A DNA stretch of 32,000 nt from Desulfobulbus propionicus DSM 2032. Lineage in GTDB: Bacteria; Desulfobacterota; Desulfobulbia; Desulfobulbales; Desulfobulbaceae. Made by a program: the position numbers and the translations under genes. The DNA is taken from assembly GCF_000186885.1 (NCBI RefSeq), contig NC_014972.1:450001-482000 (forward strand), in the 5' to 3' direction. Of the stretch, positions 17,597 to 26,860 are shown piece by piece; the stretch's first letter is position 1, and every line of letters starts with the position of its first letter. Under the pieces are notes generated by a model that saw nothing but the letters and a program-made list of their open reading frames with translations, searched no databases and was not told the DNA's origin.

Positions 17597-18211
17597 ATGT
17601 CACCACAACACAATAGAAATGCGACGCCGAGGCGGTGCCTTGTCGTGTGCGCCGTTTTTTTACTTGCGCTCCACTGTCTGCTGCCAGGCGGGGCGGAAGC
17701 GCGGGTTTATGCCTATATCAACGCCAAGGGAGAGCTCCATTATACCCCGGTCAAGGGCGGCAAGCTGCGCAAGCTGGGACAAAAGCCCGGCAAGGGGACC
17801 CGGTTGGCGGGCACGGGGTCACTTTCCCGGCCGTTGCAAGCCTTCATCGACAAGACGGCCACCGCACAGGGGCTCGACCCCCTGCTGGTCAAGGCGGTGA
17901 TCAAGGCGGAGTCGAATTTTGACCCCAATGCAGTCTCGGACAAGGGGGCCCAGGGGCTGATGCAGCTGATGCCGGCGACCGCCAAGGACCTCCGGGTCGC
18001 CGATCCCTTTGATCCCCAGGAAAATATCGTCGGCGGCACCAGATACCTGCGATTCCTGCTCGACAGCTACGACGGGAATTTGGAGTTGAGCCTGGCGGCA
18101 TACAATGCCGGGCCGGGCAAGGTGAAAAACGTGGTGCCCGACATCGATGAAACCCGGACCTACGTGGCAAAGGTACTGGATACCTATCAGGCGTACCAAA
18201 AGAAGCCATAG
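17597..18211 (+). CDS. Lytic transglycosylase (SLT domain) protein with signal peptide
   Basis: AVIKAESNFDPNAVSDKGAQGLMQLMPATA...AAYNAGPG carries the catalytic E-S and AYNAG motifs of family 1 lytic transglycosylases. There is an N-terminal hydrophobic signal. Confidence 0.88.
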   Translation: MSPQHNRNATPRRCLVVCAVFLLALHCLLPGGAEARVYAYINAKGELHYTPVKGGKLRKLGQKPGKGTRLAGTGSLSRPLQAFIDKTATAQGLDPLLVKAVIKAESNFDPNAVSDKGAQGLMQLMPATAKDLRVADPFDPQENIVGGTRYLRFLLDSYDGNLELSLAAYNAGPGKVKNVVPDIDETRTYVAKVLDTYQAYQKKP

Positions 18212-18267
18212 CCCCCGCCCCCTTCCTGCCCCCGAGAACCAGCCCCGAAGGGGGCAGAAAATTCCCG

Positions 18268-19056
18268 TTATCGCCCGCCCACTCCTGGCAGCCAAGCCAG
18301 GACCCGCTGAATTTGCCTATCCCAGCACGACCACTCGTGCCCGCCTGGCCCTTCCTCATAGCACACCGACAAGCCCAGTGACGCCGCATGCTCGCGGAAC
18401 CGGACATTGTCCGCGTGGAGGAAATCCTCGGTCCCGCACCACTGGTACAGGTCAGGGCGCGGATGCTTCTGTTCGACCAGCCGCGCCGCGAGGGTGAAGA
18501 GGTCGTCGCCGCCTCCGGCCAGCGCGTCGATTTCGCCAAAAATGTGGCGGAACTCGCCGTGCCCCGCCACCTGTTCCTCCTTGGCAAGGCGGACGACATC
18601 CAACGCCCCCGACAAACTGGCAGCCGCCGCATACCGCTGTGGGTGCGTCAAGGCCAGCTTGAAGGCTCCGTAGCCGCCCATGGAAAGCCCGGCCACATAG
18701 TTGTGGTCGCGCACCGCGGAGAGCGGGAAAAAGTGGCGGGCAATGGCCGGCAGCTCCTCGCTGACAAAGGTCCAGTAGCGTTGGCCGGTGATCGTGTTCG
18801 CATAAAAACTGCGGTGCACGGCGGGCATGACCACGGCCAGGTTGAGGCCTTCCAGATAGCGTTCGATCGCGGTGCGCCGTTGCCAGGCGGTGTGATCGTC
18901 GGACAGACCATGGAGCAGGTACAAGGTGGAAAACCGCTTCTGGCGGTCTGACGTACCGCGTTGGGTCTCCAGGGGATCGGGGTCGGGCAGCAGTACCTCC
19001 ATGGACGACATCAGCCCCAGCACCTGGGAAAAGAAATGACAGTGAATGAGTGCCAT
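18268..19056 (-). CDS. Alpha/beta hydrolase, esterase D / tributyrin-esterase-like
   Basis: ..YLLHGLSDDHTAW.., the GLSMGGYGA nucleophile elbow (GxSxG), and a C-terminal ..GGHEW.. His region. ATG 19056 is preceded by GGAG. The 97-codon Arg-rich upstream extension in the track ORF was rejected. Confidence 0.85.
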   Translation of the reverse strand: MALIHCHFFSQVLGLMSSMEVLLPDPDPLETQRGTSDRQKRFSTLYLLHGLSDDHTAWQRRTAIERYLEGLNLAVVMPAVHRSFYANTITGQRYWTFVSEELPAIARHFFPLSAVRDHNYVAGLSMGGYGAFKLALTHPQRYAAAASLSGALDVVRLAKEEQVAGHGEFRHIFGEIDALAGGGDDLFTLAARLVEQKHPRPDLYQWCGTEDFLHADNVRFREHAASLGLSVCYEEGPGGHEWSCWDRQIQRVLAWLPGVGGR

Positions 19057-19613
19057 TGATTCCGCTCCGTTATGCCGTGTTGGTGTGGTTGCCAGCCGCT
19101 CGCCTGTCCGGCGGCGGGGCGACCCGGTGGAATGCCGCCGCCTTTCGCCGACCAGTTGGAACCTCCTGCGGCCAGCATGTTCCCCTGGTGCAGGGGAAGC
19201 AATAATCGAACGATCCGCCGGCAAAGTCAACGGGTTTGCGGACAGAAGCGCAAAAAGCCCCATTCGCCGCCGATCGATTGATCGATTGCCGCGCACCACC
19301 GCGCGCAGCAGACGGCTGACACGACGACGGTCATGGGGCTGATACATGGACTATGCATTTTCTACCTAATCTCACTCTATTGTTCTTTGCCGTCCATCAC
19401 TTTATTAATGAAAAAAATGCAAGGCAACCTTGTGGATTGCTCGGGCGACGATTTGAAAACAATACCAGTCGGCCTCAATTCCGGTCGTTGCTCTCTGTAT
19501 CTGAAGCGAGGGAAGAGGAATCAAGCCGCTGGATCGTGGGGAAAAACAATGCCGGTCGCGCATTGTTGAAGAAAACAGATTGCCTCATCAACCACAACAA
19601 AGGAGTCAATGCC

Positions 19614-21449
19614 ATGGCCAACTACATCTTCAAGGGAAAACTTCGCGCCTATATCTGCAAGGAATGCCTCGATGTGCTTGCCGGCGTTCAAGTGCGCCTT
19701 TATCGCCACCGAGACAATCAAGATGTGTCCAATTTGGTGCAGGCAGAGCCGAAGCATACCTTTGCGGTGCTCAGCGATGCGGAGATAGCGGCCAAGGAGC
19801 GATTCCTGATAGCCGAAACCCGCACCGATGAGCAGGGCGAGTTCGCGTTTCGGCTCAGTACCGACAAGGACAAATACGCTGGCGAGGCCTTTGAGGTGGA
19901 TGTGCGGATGACCTCGGTGCCGGGGCAGAAAGCCGATGCCAAGCCGGCGACGGTGCAGTTCACCATCACCTCGCTCAAACCGGAATGGACGCAGCACGGC
20001 AATGAGCTGATCGCCCCGTACTGGGATTACCTCATCCCCGCGCGCTTTTGGTGTCATCTGCTTGCCTATTTCGACCTCTGGGTGATTTGTGGCAGGTTCG
20101 TGACCTGCGAGGGAAGAAGGCCGCTGCCCGGCGCCACCATCCGTGCCTTTGACGCCGACTGGATTCAGCATGACGCCCTTGGCGAGGCGATCACCGACTT
20201 CAATGGCCAGTTCCGCATCTATTACACTTCCGCCGATTTCAAGAAAACACCGCTTTCACCGTGGATCAACATCGAGCTGACCGGTGGGCCGGACCTCTTC
20301 TTCCAGGCCGAGTACGGCGGCAGCCTGGTGATCAACGAGAGTTCCTCGGCGGGTCGCCAGGCCGGCCGCGAAAATGTGGGCCACTGTTTTTGCATCGAGC
20401 TGTGCACGGATAAAATCGTGCCGCCGGATGCCGATGAAATCCCCCATTGGGAGCGGGTCGAGGAGTTCGAGGTCGACACCGATTTTTCGCCCGAAGGCTA
20501 TGCCGGTGGCGGGTCGCTGGTCATGCACGACTGCATCGACCTGCACGGCAACATGCCGCTGACGAACGTGGCCAACGGCAAGGCCCTCAAATACCGTTTC
20601 CTCATCGGCGCCTGGACCTGGCCCGGGGCGGAAGACCCGGCGGTAATCCCGCCCAACGCCCCCGCTGACGCCGATCTGGTGCCGGTGAAATCGATCTGCG
20701 ACTCCACGGTCGGGTATATCTATTACAGCGATGCCAACGGCGATCCGCGCTCGGCACCGGTCATTGTTCGCTCGGGCGACCTCGATGGCGACGGGTGCCT
20801 CACCCTGCTCGGCATGGTTGTCAAGGTCGACATGCACGACGGCACCACGGCGGACATCACGGTGACCGAACACAACTTTGTCGGCGCCTATCTGCTGATG
20901 ACCATGAATTCGCATGCCCACACCCCCGCTCCCTACGACATTCTCCACTACCTGGGACTGGCGGCGGCGGGCACGGCGGTACCGGTGGCGGAACGCGCCC
21001 CCATTCGCCGCTTCAAGCTGCGCTTCCAGGTGTACGATGTTGATCAGGCCGTTGATAAAACGACCGACAACAAGACCCTCGGCGGCCTGGTGATCGACAA
21101 CTCCCCGGTGAAATATGCCTTGCACCTGACCGAGCTCATGGGCGACCTGTGCAACAAGATCACCAACGAGGTACATATCCTCTACACCATCGATCATCCG
21201 CACCTGAATTCCTTCAGTGTGACGATCGAGAACAACGGCGGCATCGTCCACAACGCCCCGCCGCTACCCCACGGCACGTTCAGCGGCAATTTCTTCTTCC
21301 GCGGCGGGGAGAGCGGCGGCGCGGGCTTTACCGTCAATGTCGCGGCCGATCCGGTCTGCGCCTATGCGGTCAAGCTCAGTTGGCAGACCCGGCACTATCA
21401 CAGCAACCGGGGCAACAGCCGCCACACCCAGATCCTGTACTGCAAGTGA
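19614..21449 (+). CDS. Hypothetical 611-aa protein with N-terminal transthyretin/carboxypeptidase-regulatory-like beta-sandwich repeats
   Basis: AGGAG RBS 8 nt before ATG 19614. Two segments have the G..V.L.......TDE.G.F.F and G..I.AFD.D......LGEA.TD..G.F.I.Y pattern of CarboxypepD_reg-like folds. No signal peptide is seen and no function is recognisable. Confidence 0.75.
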   Translation: MANYIFKGKLRAYICKECLDVLAGVQVRLYRHRDNQDVSNLVQAEPKHTFAVLSDAEIAAKERFLIAETRTDEQGEFAFRLSTDKDKYAGEAFEVDVRMTSVPGQKADAKPATVQFTITSLKPEWTQHGNELIAPYWDYLIPARFWCHLLAYFDLWVICGRFVTCEGRRPLPGATIRAFDADWIQHDALGEAITDFNGQFRIYYTSADFKKTPLSPWINIELTGGPDLFFQAEYGGSLVINESSSAGRQAGRENVGHCFCIELCTDKIVPPDADEIPHWERVEEFEVDTDFSPEGYAGGGSLVMHDCIDLHGNMPLTNVANGKALKYRFLIGAWTWPGAEDPAVIPPNAPADADLVPVKSICDSTVGYIYYSDANGDPRSAPVIVRSGDLDGDGCLTLLGMVVKVDMHDGTTADITVTEHNFVGAYLLMTMNSHAHTPAPYDILHYLGLAAAGTAVPVAERAPIRRFKLRFQVYDVDQAVDKTTDNKTLGGLVIDNSPVKYALHLTELMGDLCNKITNEVHILYTIDHPHLNSFSVTIENNGGIVHNAPPLPHGTFSGNFFFRGGESGGAGFTVNVAADPVCAYAVKLSWQTRHYHSNRGNSRHTQILYCK

Positions 21450-21593
21450 CGGCCGACGGCCCGGCTTCGGACAAAAGACGCCGTGATGGAACGGAACCAG
21501 GGATGCAAGGGGGCAACGTTGATGCCGTGCACGCCTCAAGCGAACGGGTGAACGTTGTCTCATGTTGACATATTTCACGATAAGGAGGTCACG

Positions 21594-23990
21594 ATGAGTG
21601 GAGCGACTGGTCAGCGAACACGGGGCGTGTGGTGTGTGCTCTTCCTGCTGGGCATGCTCGGGCCGAGCGCTGATGGGGTGTGGGCCCAGGGAACCGCGCA
21701 AGGGGAAATCGAAGGCCGGGCGGCGCCGGTCGCGCGGCGCATGTGCCTGGCCGGGGCACACGCCGGAAGCCTCTGCAATGAGGACGCGGATTGTCCGGGA
21801 GCTGCCTGCCGGGATCGCAACATCGTCAACCTGTCCGTGGCCGTGCACTACGACGCGCCGGCCGGGGACATCACCACGATCCAAAACATGGTCAGCGCCG
21901 GTTCGACCACCCTGTTCGATGTGACCGACGGGCAGACCGAAATCGGCCAGGCAACCATTCACAACAATTCCGCCGGGACCACCCGGGCCGACATCCGCGT
22001 CTACCCGGCGACCTGCACGGGCGGCACCCAGATTGGCAATGCCTGCAACATCAGCAACGACTGCGCCGACACGCCCGGCACCAACGATGGACGCTGCGGC
22101 GTCTGGTGGATGGCGGATACCGGTTCGTGGCGCAATAGCGGCAGCGTGCATGTGTCGATCAATTATATCAACGCCGCCGGGGCCAATGTCGGCCAATTCA
22201 TCGGTCACGAGCTGTCCCATCTGCTCTTCGACGTGCGCGACGAATACGAGAGCCGTCCGGGGTGCGGAGCGAATACGGGCAACGCCGACTGTCCGGACGC
22301 CGCCGCCGGACAGACCGAATGTCTGATGGACAGCAACCAGTCGGAGTTCTGCTGGGGGCAGGGAAACCCGGCCAACCTGACCGACCTGACCGGGGGCAAC
22401 CATGACGCCACCAACATCACCGAGCAGTCGCAATGCCGCAATAACCGCTCCTGCTGGGAACAGGTGGTCTGGGCCTGGCCCAATACCATCCTCGCTCCCA
22501 CCGGCGCGCCCGATCCGGCGGCCCACGGTGCCGCCGTCAACCCGACCCAGTTCGTGGTGACCCACGACACCGTGCGGGTGGTGCTGGTGCTTGACGAATC
22601 CGGCAGCATGAACGCCGAGACTCCCAAGCGCATCGAGCGCCTCAAGGTCGCGGCCAAGAATTTTGTATCCCTGGCCGAGAACGGCACCGAACTGGGGATC
22701 GTTTCCTATGCCAGCGACGCCGCCGTTGCCAGCGGCCGGACCGAGGTGGCCATCGCGCCGCTGGGGGCAAACCGCGCCGCCTGGAACAACGCCATTGACG
22801 GCCTCGGACCGAGCACCCGGACCAATATCGGTGCCGGTCTGCAAAAAGCCCGCGACCTGATCACCGCTGCTGGCGGGGTGACCGCCAACACTTATATCGT
22901 GCTGATGAGCGATGGCCTGAACAACGAGCCGGCGCCGCAAGCCAACGCCGATGCCGATCTGAACGGCAAGATCGCCATGCTGCTCGCCGACGGCATCCCG
23001 GTCTACGTCACCTGCACCGGCAGCGACTTGGGCTTGGCGTCGCAGTGTTCGGAAATCGGCACCGGTACCGGTGGCCACTACGTCGATTCGGCGGACTCCG
23101 CGCGGCTGCCGGAAGCCTTCGCCGACTTCCACGAACGGATCGTCGCCCACGAGCCCGTCCGTTCGGTGACCGGCGATCTGGCCAAGGTGACCCCCAAGGA
23201 TCCGGTGGCCACCGCGTTCGTCGAAGAGGGCGCGCAGTCGGCCTCGTTCGTTTTCCAGTGGGCCAATCCCGAGGCCGGGGCCAACATGGTCATCCAGGAC
23301 CCCAAAGGCGATTATCACGACACCCAGCAGATGACCATGGGCCGCTTTCTGCGCGTCGCCAATCCGGTCCCCGGTGACTGGCGGATTTTCGTCAATCCGC
23401 GCGGCACGGCCAGCCCCTTCGTTGCCCGCGCCTTTGTCCGCAATCCCGCCAATCACCTGGCGGTCGGGGTCCGCTACCCAAGCGTCATCCCGCAGGGCGA
23501 TATCGCCATCTATGCCTACCCCAAGAACATGGGGCTGGCAGTAACCTCCACCGAGCCGATCCTGGCGCGGGTGACCCGCCCGGATGGCACGCACGACACC
23601 CTCGAACTGTTTGATCGCGGCCGCGATGCCGCCGGCCATGGCGACGATGTCCCCGGTGACGGCGTCTTTACCGGTGTTTACAAAGGGACCGCCCAGGCTG
23701 GCCCCTATCAGTTCCTTGTCCAGGCGGACATCAAGGACTGGCAGGTCAGCGCCGATGCCCACGAATACAAGCAGGAGGGGCCGACCACCCGGTTCGTGCG
23801 CGAGGCGCGCCTGTCCTCCGCCGTCGATGATCCGAACGTGATCGAAAGCACGCCGGAAGACGACCGGCCCGTTGTTGTCGAGGATGGGTGGCAGTGCGAA
23901 CGCTACCTGTGCCTGATTTTGTTGGCCCTCCTCGTCTTCCTGGTGCTCAACCTGCTGTGGCTACTCTCTTGCTGGCGCTCGCGGCGATAA
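21594..23990 (+). CDS. CLCA-like zinc metalloprotease - VWA domain protein with signal peptide and C-terminal TM anchor
   Basis: AAGGAGG RBS. Signal peptide is MSGATGQRTRGVWCVLFLLGMLGPSADGVWAQG. HELSHLLFDVRDEY (HExxH at 22206-22220) parallels the CLCA N-domain motif HEWAHLRWGVFDEY. VWA domain with MIDAS DESGS (22593-22607), ..TNIGAGL.., ..VLMSDG... C-terminal hydrophobic helix LCLILLALLVFLVLNLLWLL followed by RSRR. Confidence 0.85.
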   Translation: MSGATGQRTRGVWCVLFLLGMLGPSADGVWAQGTAQGEIEGRAAPVARRMCLAGAHAGSLCNEDADCPGAACRDRNIVNLSVAVHYDAPAGDITTIQNMVSAGSTTLFDVTDGQTEIGQATIHNNSAGTTRADIRVYPATCTGGTQIGNACNISNDCADTPGTNDGRCGVWWMADTGSWRNSGSVHVSINYINAAGANVGQFIGHELSHLLFDVRDEYESRPGCGANTGNADCPDAAAGQTECLMDSNQSEFCWGQGNPANLTDLTGGNHDATNITEQSQCRNNRSCWEQVVWAWPNTILAPTGAPDPAAHGAAVNPTQFVVTHDTVRVVLVLDESGSMNAETPKRIERLKVAAKNFVSLAENGTELGIVSYASDAAVASGRTEVAIAPLGANRAAWNNAIDGLGPSTRTNIGAGLQKARDLITAAGGVTANTYIVLMSDGLNNEPAPQANADADLNGKIAMLLADGIPVYVTCTGSDLGLASQCSEIGTGTGGHYVDSADSARLPEAFADFHERIVAHEPVRSVTGDLAKVTPKDPVATAFVEEGAQSASFVFQWANPEAGANMVIQDPKGDYHDTQQMTMGRFLRVANPVPGDWRIFVNPRGTASPFVARAFVRNPANHLAVGVRYPSVIPQGDIAIYAYPKNMGLAVTSTEPILARVTRPDGTHDTLELFDRGRDAAGHGDDVPGDGVFTGVYKGTAQAGPYQFLVQADIKDWQVSADAHEYKQEGPTTRFVREARLSSAVDDPNVIESTPEDDRPVVVEDGWQCERYLCLILLALLVFLVLNLLWLLSCWRSRR

Positions 23991-24081
23991 GTTGGCGGTC
24001 ACCGTCTCGCATCGAGGCGGCGAGCCTTGTTATCCCCTGGGGAAGTTGACCCGAGAGGCAAGAACAATCGAAACCACCCGG

Positions 24082-24109
24082 ACGGGGGGGATCTCCCCCC
24101 CGTTTTTTT
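24082..24109 (+). terminator. Rho-independent terminator between convergent genes
   Basis: ACGGGGGGG-ATCT-CCCCCCCGT (9-bp stem) followed by a T-run (24103-24109). An A-rich tract is absent upstream, so it is mainly a + strand terminator. Confidence 0.85.
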
Positions 24110-24163
24110 GTGGCCGACGAGGGGTGCGGTGTCGGCCGTTGGCAATCCCGATTTTGTCCGGGG

Positions 24164-26662
24164 TCACCGGTCCCTTTTCGCTTCGTTCACAAGCAACTCA
24201 CCCAAAGCGGTTTGTCGCCTGCTGGTGTCTTGGTTGCGCACCGCCATGGCCAGCGCCTTGCGCGTGCCCACAAAAACGGCCAGCCGCCGGGCCCTGGTCA
24301 GGCCGGTGTAGATCAGATTGCGAAAGAGCATTTTGAAATGCTGCGGAAGGACCGGGAGGATCACCGCTTCAAATTCACTGCCCTGGGCTTTGTGAATGGT
24401 GATGGCGTACGCCAGTTCCAGTTCGACGATGTCCTCCTTGCGATACACGACCTCCCGATGATCGGGGAAAAAGGAAACCACACAGGTCAGCTCTTCGTTG
24501 TCCAGGTGCGTGATCCTGCCGATGTCGCCGTTGAACACGCCCAACTCATAGTTGTTCTTCCGGTGGATGACCCGGTCGCCCACCCTGAACAGCCGTTCTC
24601 CCACGGTAAGCTGCGCCTTCCCTTCCCGGGGCGGATTGGCCGCTTCCTGGAGCATGCGGTTAAGGCTATGGGTGCCGAGGCTGCCACGGGTCATGGGCGA
24701 CAACACCTGGATTTCACAATGCGGTCCGAAATATTTGGGAATCCATTCCAGGTAGAGCTTGCAGACCGTGTCCGAGGCGGTCAGTCCATAATGCAGGGCT
24801 GACCAGGGATGTACCTTGCCCAGCACGGCGCGCAAGGCATCGATGTCGGTGTGCGCGCCATGGATCGCCTCCAGATTGACATGCTGGAACTTTTTCGGCA
24901 CCACGAATCCTGGCTCATAGGGTACCAACGGTTCATTGGTCCGGAAGGCGTACAGGTTTGCCTCGTCCTCCGGGAGAGTGTCCCGGGTGCGCGCCTGCAA
25001 CCGTTTGACCTTGCCGATGAAAGTCAACTGCTCCCGGGTGGCTTCCACCGCATCGATGAAGAGGCAATCCGCCTTGTTCCGCCACAATGCCGGCTTGTTG
25101 AACGGTGAGTCGATCGAGGGCAGCGCGCCGCTGTTGATCTGATGCGCGTATTGGACGATCAGCGATTGCCGCGCCTGCCGGAAGACCTTGCTGAGATGGA
25201 AACAGGGGATCTGTTGGGAGGCGATCAGGTCGTGCAACACGTTGCCCGCACCCACCGATGGCAGCTGGTCCGCATCGCCGATCAAGAGCACCTGACTGTG
25301 CTGGGGCACCGCCCTGAGCAGCGACGCCGTCAAGCTGATGTCCAACATCGAGCATTCGTCGACGATGAGAAAATCCGCCGCCAGCGGTTCCTGCTCGTTT
25401 TTCTTGAATGTTCCCTGCTGCCACTCCAGCAGGCGATGGATCGTTTTCGCTTCCCGGCCAATCACCTCCGCCATGCGTTGGGCGGCCCGGCCCGTGGGCG
25501 CGGCGAGCACGACCTTAAATCCCATGGCCTCAAGCAGGTGCACCAGCACCAGGGTGGTGGTTGTCTTGCCGCAGCCCGGACCGCCGGTCAGGATCGAGAA
25601 GCGTTCACCGGCGATTTTGGTGACCGCGGCCGCCTGTTCCTCGCTCAAGGATAAGGTGTGGGACGCGCAGTACCGGTCAATCCAATGCCTCACCCGATGT
25701 GTGTCGAGGGAGGGAGCGGGACCGTGGCGCGCAACCCGCTGGGCCACGTAAACCTCGTCGAAGAAGAGCGATTTCGCGTAGTAACAGGCCACTGTCCCCT
25801 GTCCTGGAACGGCAAGGTGCCGGACCATGAGCCGCCCGTCCTGTTCCATCTGATCAAGCAATGCGGGAAGCCGGCCACCGACTTCCAGGTGCAACAGCTC
25901 CCCGACCTGGGCCTCGATTTGCGACGCGGTCAGGTAACAGTGACCGAAGTCCCTGCTCGCCGCCAGCACATGTCTGATCCCCGCCATGACGCGCTGCGGG
26001 CTATCGGCCGCCAGGCCAATACTCAAGGCCACCTTGTCTGCGGAAAAAAAGCCGATCCCGTAAATATCCTGGGCGAGCCGATAGGGATCCTCGGTGACGG
26101 AGGCGATGGCACGGTCGCCGTACTGCCTGTAGATGCGGACGGCAAACAACGTGCTGATGCCGTGTTGCTGGAGGAACATCATCACGTCACGGATCGCCCG
26201 ATGCGCCGCCCAGGCCGTGCTGATCATTTCCAGTTTCTTGCGTGCGATCCCCGGGACCTCGAGCAGCCGTTCTTTCTCCCCTTCAAAGACAGCAAGCGTT
26301 TGTTCCCCGAAGTGGGCGACAATGCGTTTGGCGGTCTTGGGCCCCACCCCCTTGATGAGCCCGGAGCCCAGATACTTTTCCAGCGCGGCCGAGGTGGCCG
26401 GTTTTCGTTCAATCGCCTGGGTGGCCTGGAATTGGCGGCCATACTGGGGATGCGCGGTCCAGGCGCCCTTGAACTCCATGGTGGCGCCGGCGAACACCTT
26501 GGTCTGATGGACGACCACCGTCTCCTGCCGCAGAGGGTTGGCGAACGGGGAAACGCGCAAGATGGAAAACCCATTGTCGGCGTTGTGATAGGTCACGCGC
26601 TCCACAATGCCCCGGATGGTTTCTTCGATCGCCCCGGTGTGTCCGGTGGTTGGTTGTCGCAT
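24164..26662 (-). CDS. recD2: ATP-dependent RecD-like DNA helicase (SF1B, RecD2 type)
   Basis: N-terminal OB/HhH region (ERVTYHNADNGFSILRV.., ..GIGFFSADKVA..), Walker A ILTGGPGCGKTT, LIVDECSMLD, and C-terminal ..ITIHKAQGSEF.. with an SH3-like insertion. ATG 26662 was chosen (MRQPTTGH..). Confidence 0.9.
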   Translation of the reverse strand: MRQPTTGHTGAIEETIRGIVERVTYHNADNGFSILRVSPFANPLRQETVVVHQTKVFAGATMEFKGAWTAHPQYGRQFQATQAIERKPATSAALEKYLGSGLIKGVGPKTAKRIVAHFGEQTLAVFEGEKERLLEVPGIARKKLEMISTAWAAHRAIRDVMMFLQQHGISTLFAVRIYRQYGDRAIASVTEDPYRLAQDIYGIGFFSADKVALSIGLAADSPQRVMAGIRHVLAASRDFGHCYLTASQIEAQVGELLHLEVGGRLPALLDQMEQDGRLMVRHLAVPGQGTVACYYAKSLFFDEVYVAQRVARHGPAPSLDTHRVRHWIDRYCASHTLSLSEEQAAAVTKIAGERFSILTGGPGCGKTTTTLVLVHLLEAMGFKVVLAAPTGRAAQRMAEVIGREAKTIHRLLEWQQGTFKKNEQEPLAADFLIVDECSMLDISLTASLLRAVPQHSQVLLIGDADQLPSVGAGNVLHDLIASQQIPCFHLSKVFRQARQSLIVQYAHQINSGALPSIDSPFNKPALWRNKADCLFIDAVEATREQLTFIGKVKRLQARTRDTLPEDEANLYAFRTNEPLVPYEPGFVVPKKFQHVNLEAIHGAHTDIDALRAVLGKVHPWSALHYGLTASDTVCKLYLEWIPKYFGPHCEIQVLSPMTRGSLGTHSLNRMLQEAANPPREGKAQLTVGERLFRVGDRVIHRKNNYELGVFNGDIGRITHLDNEELTCVVSFFPDHREVVYRKEDIVELELAYAITIHKAQGSEFEAVILPVLPQHFKMLFRNLIYTGLTRARRLAVFVGTRKALAMAVRNQDTSRRQTALGELLVNEAKRDR

Positions 26663-26860
26663 GGGAAGAAGGGGGATTGGGCAAAAAAGTCCGGCCCGCC
26701 GCGCATCGAGGGCCGATATATTGATCGTCTGATCATTCCAAACAAACTTCGCGAAAAAAGGCAAGAGATCGGTTCTGCCACCGCCAACCGCGAGCAGAAG
26801 GGGCGTTTTCGGCCGTGCCAACGGCCTTGGGTAGACCTGGCGAACAGCTGCGGCGCGGCG

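Noticed and set aside
19400-19440. Sigma-54 promoter upstream of the 611-aa gene (GGCAACCTTGTGGATTGC)
   Set aside because: The GG to TGC spacing is 4 nt too long relative to the TGGCAC-N5-TTGC consensus.
21264-23762. 832-aa ORF on the minus strand
   Set aside because: It is entirely antisense to the CLCA-like/VWA gene, which has clear motifs, an RBS and a signal peptide. Its composition is Gly/Arg/Ala/Asp-rich low complexity, typical of shadow ORFs in high-GC DNA.
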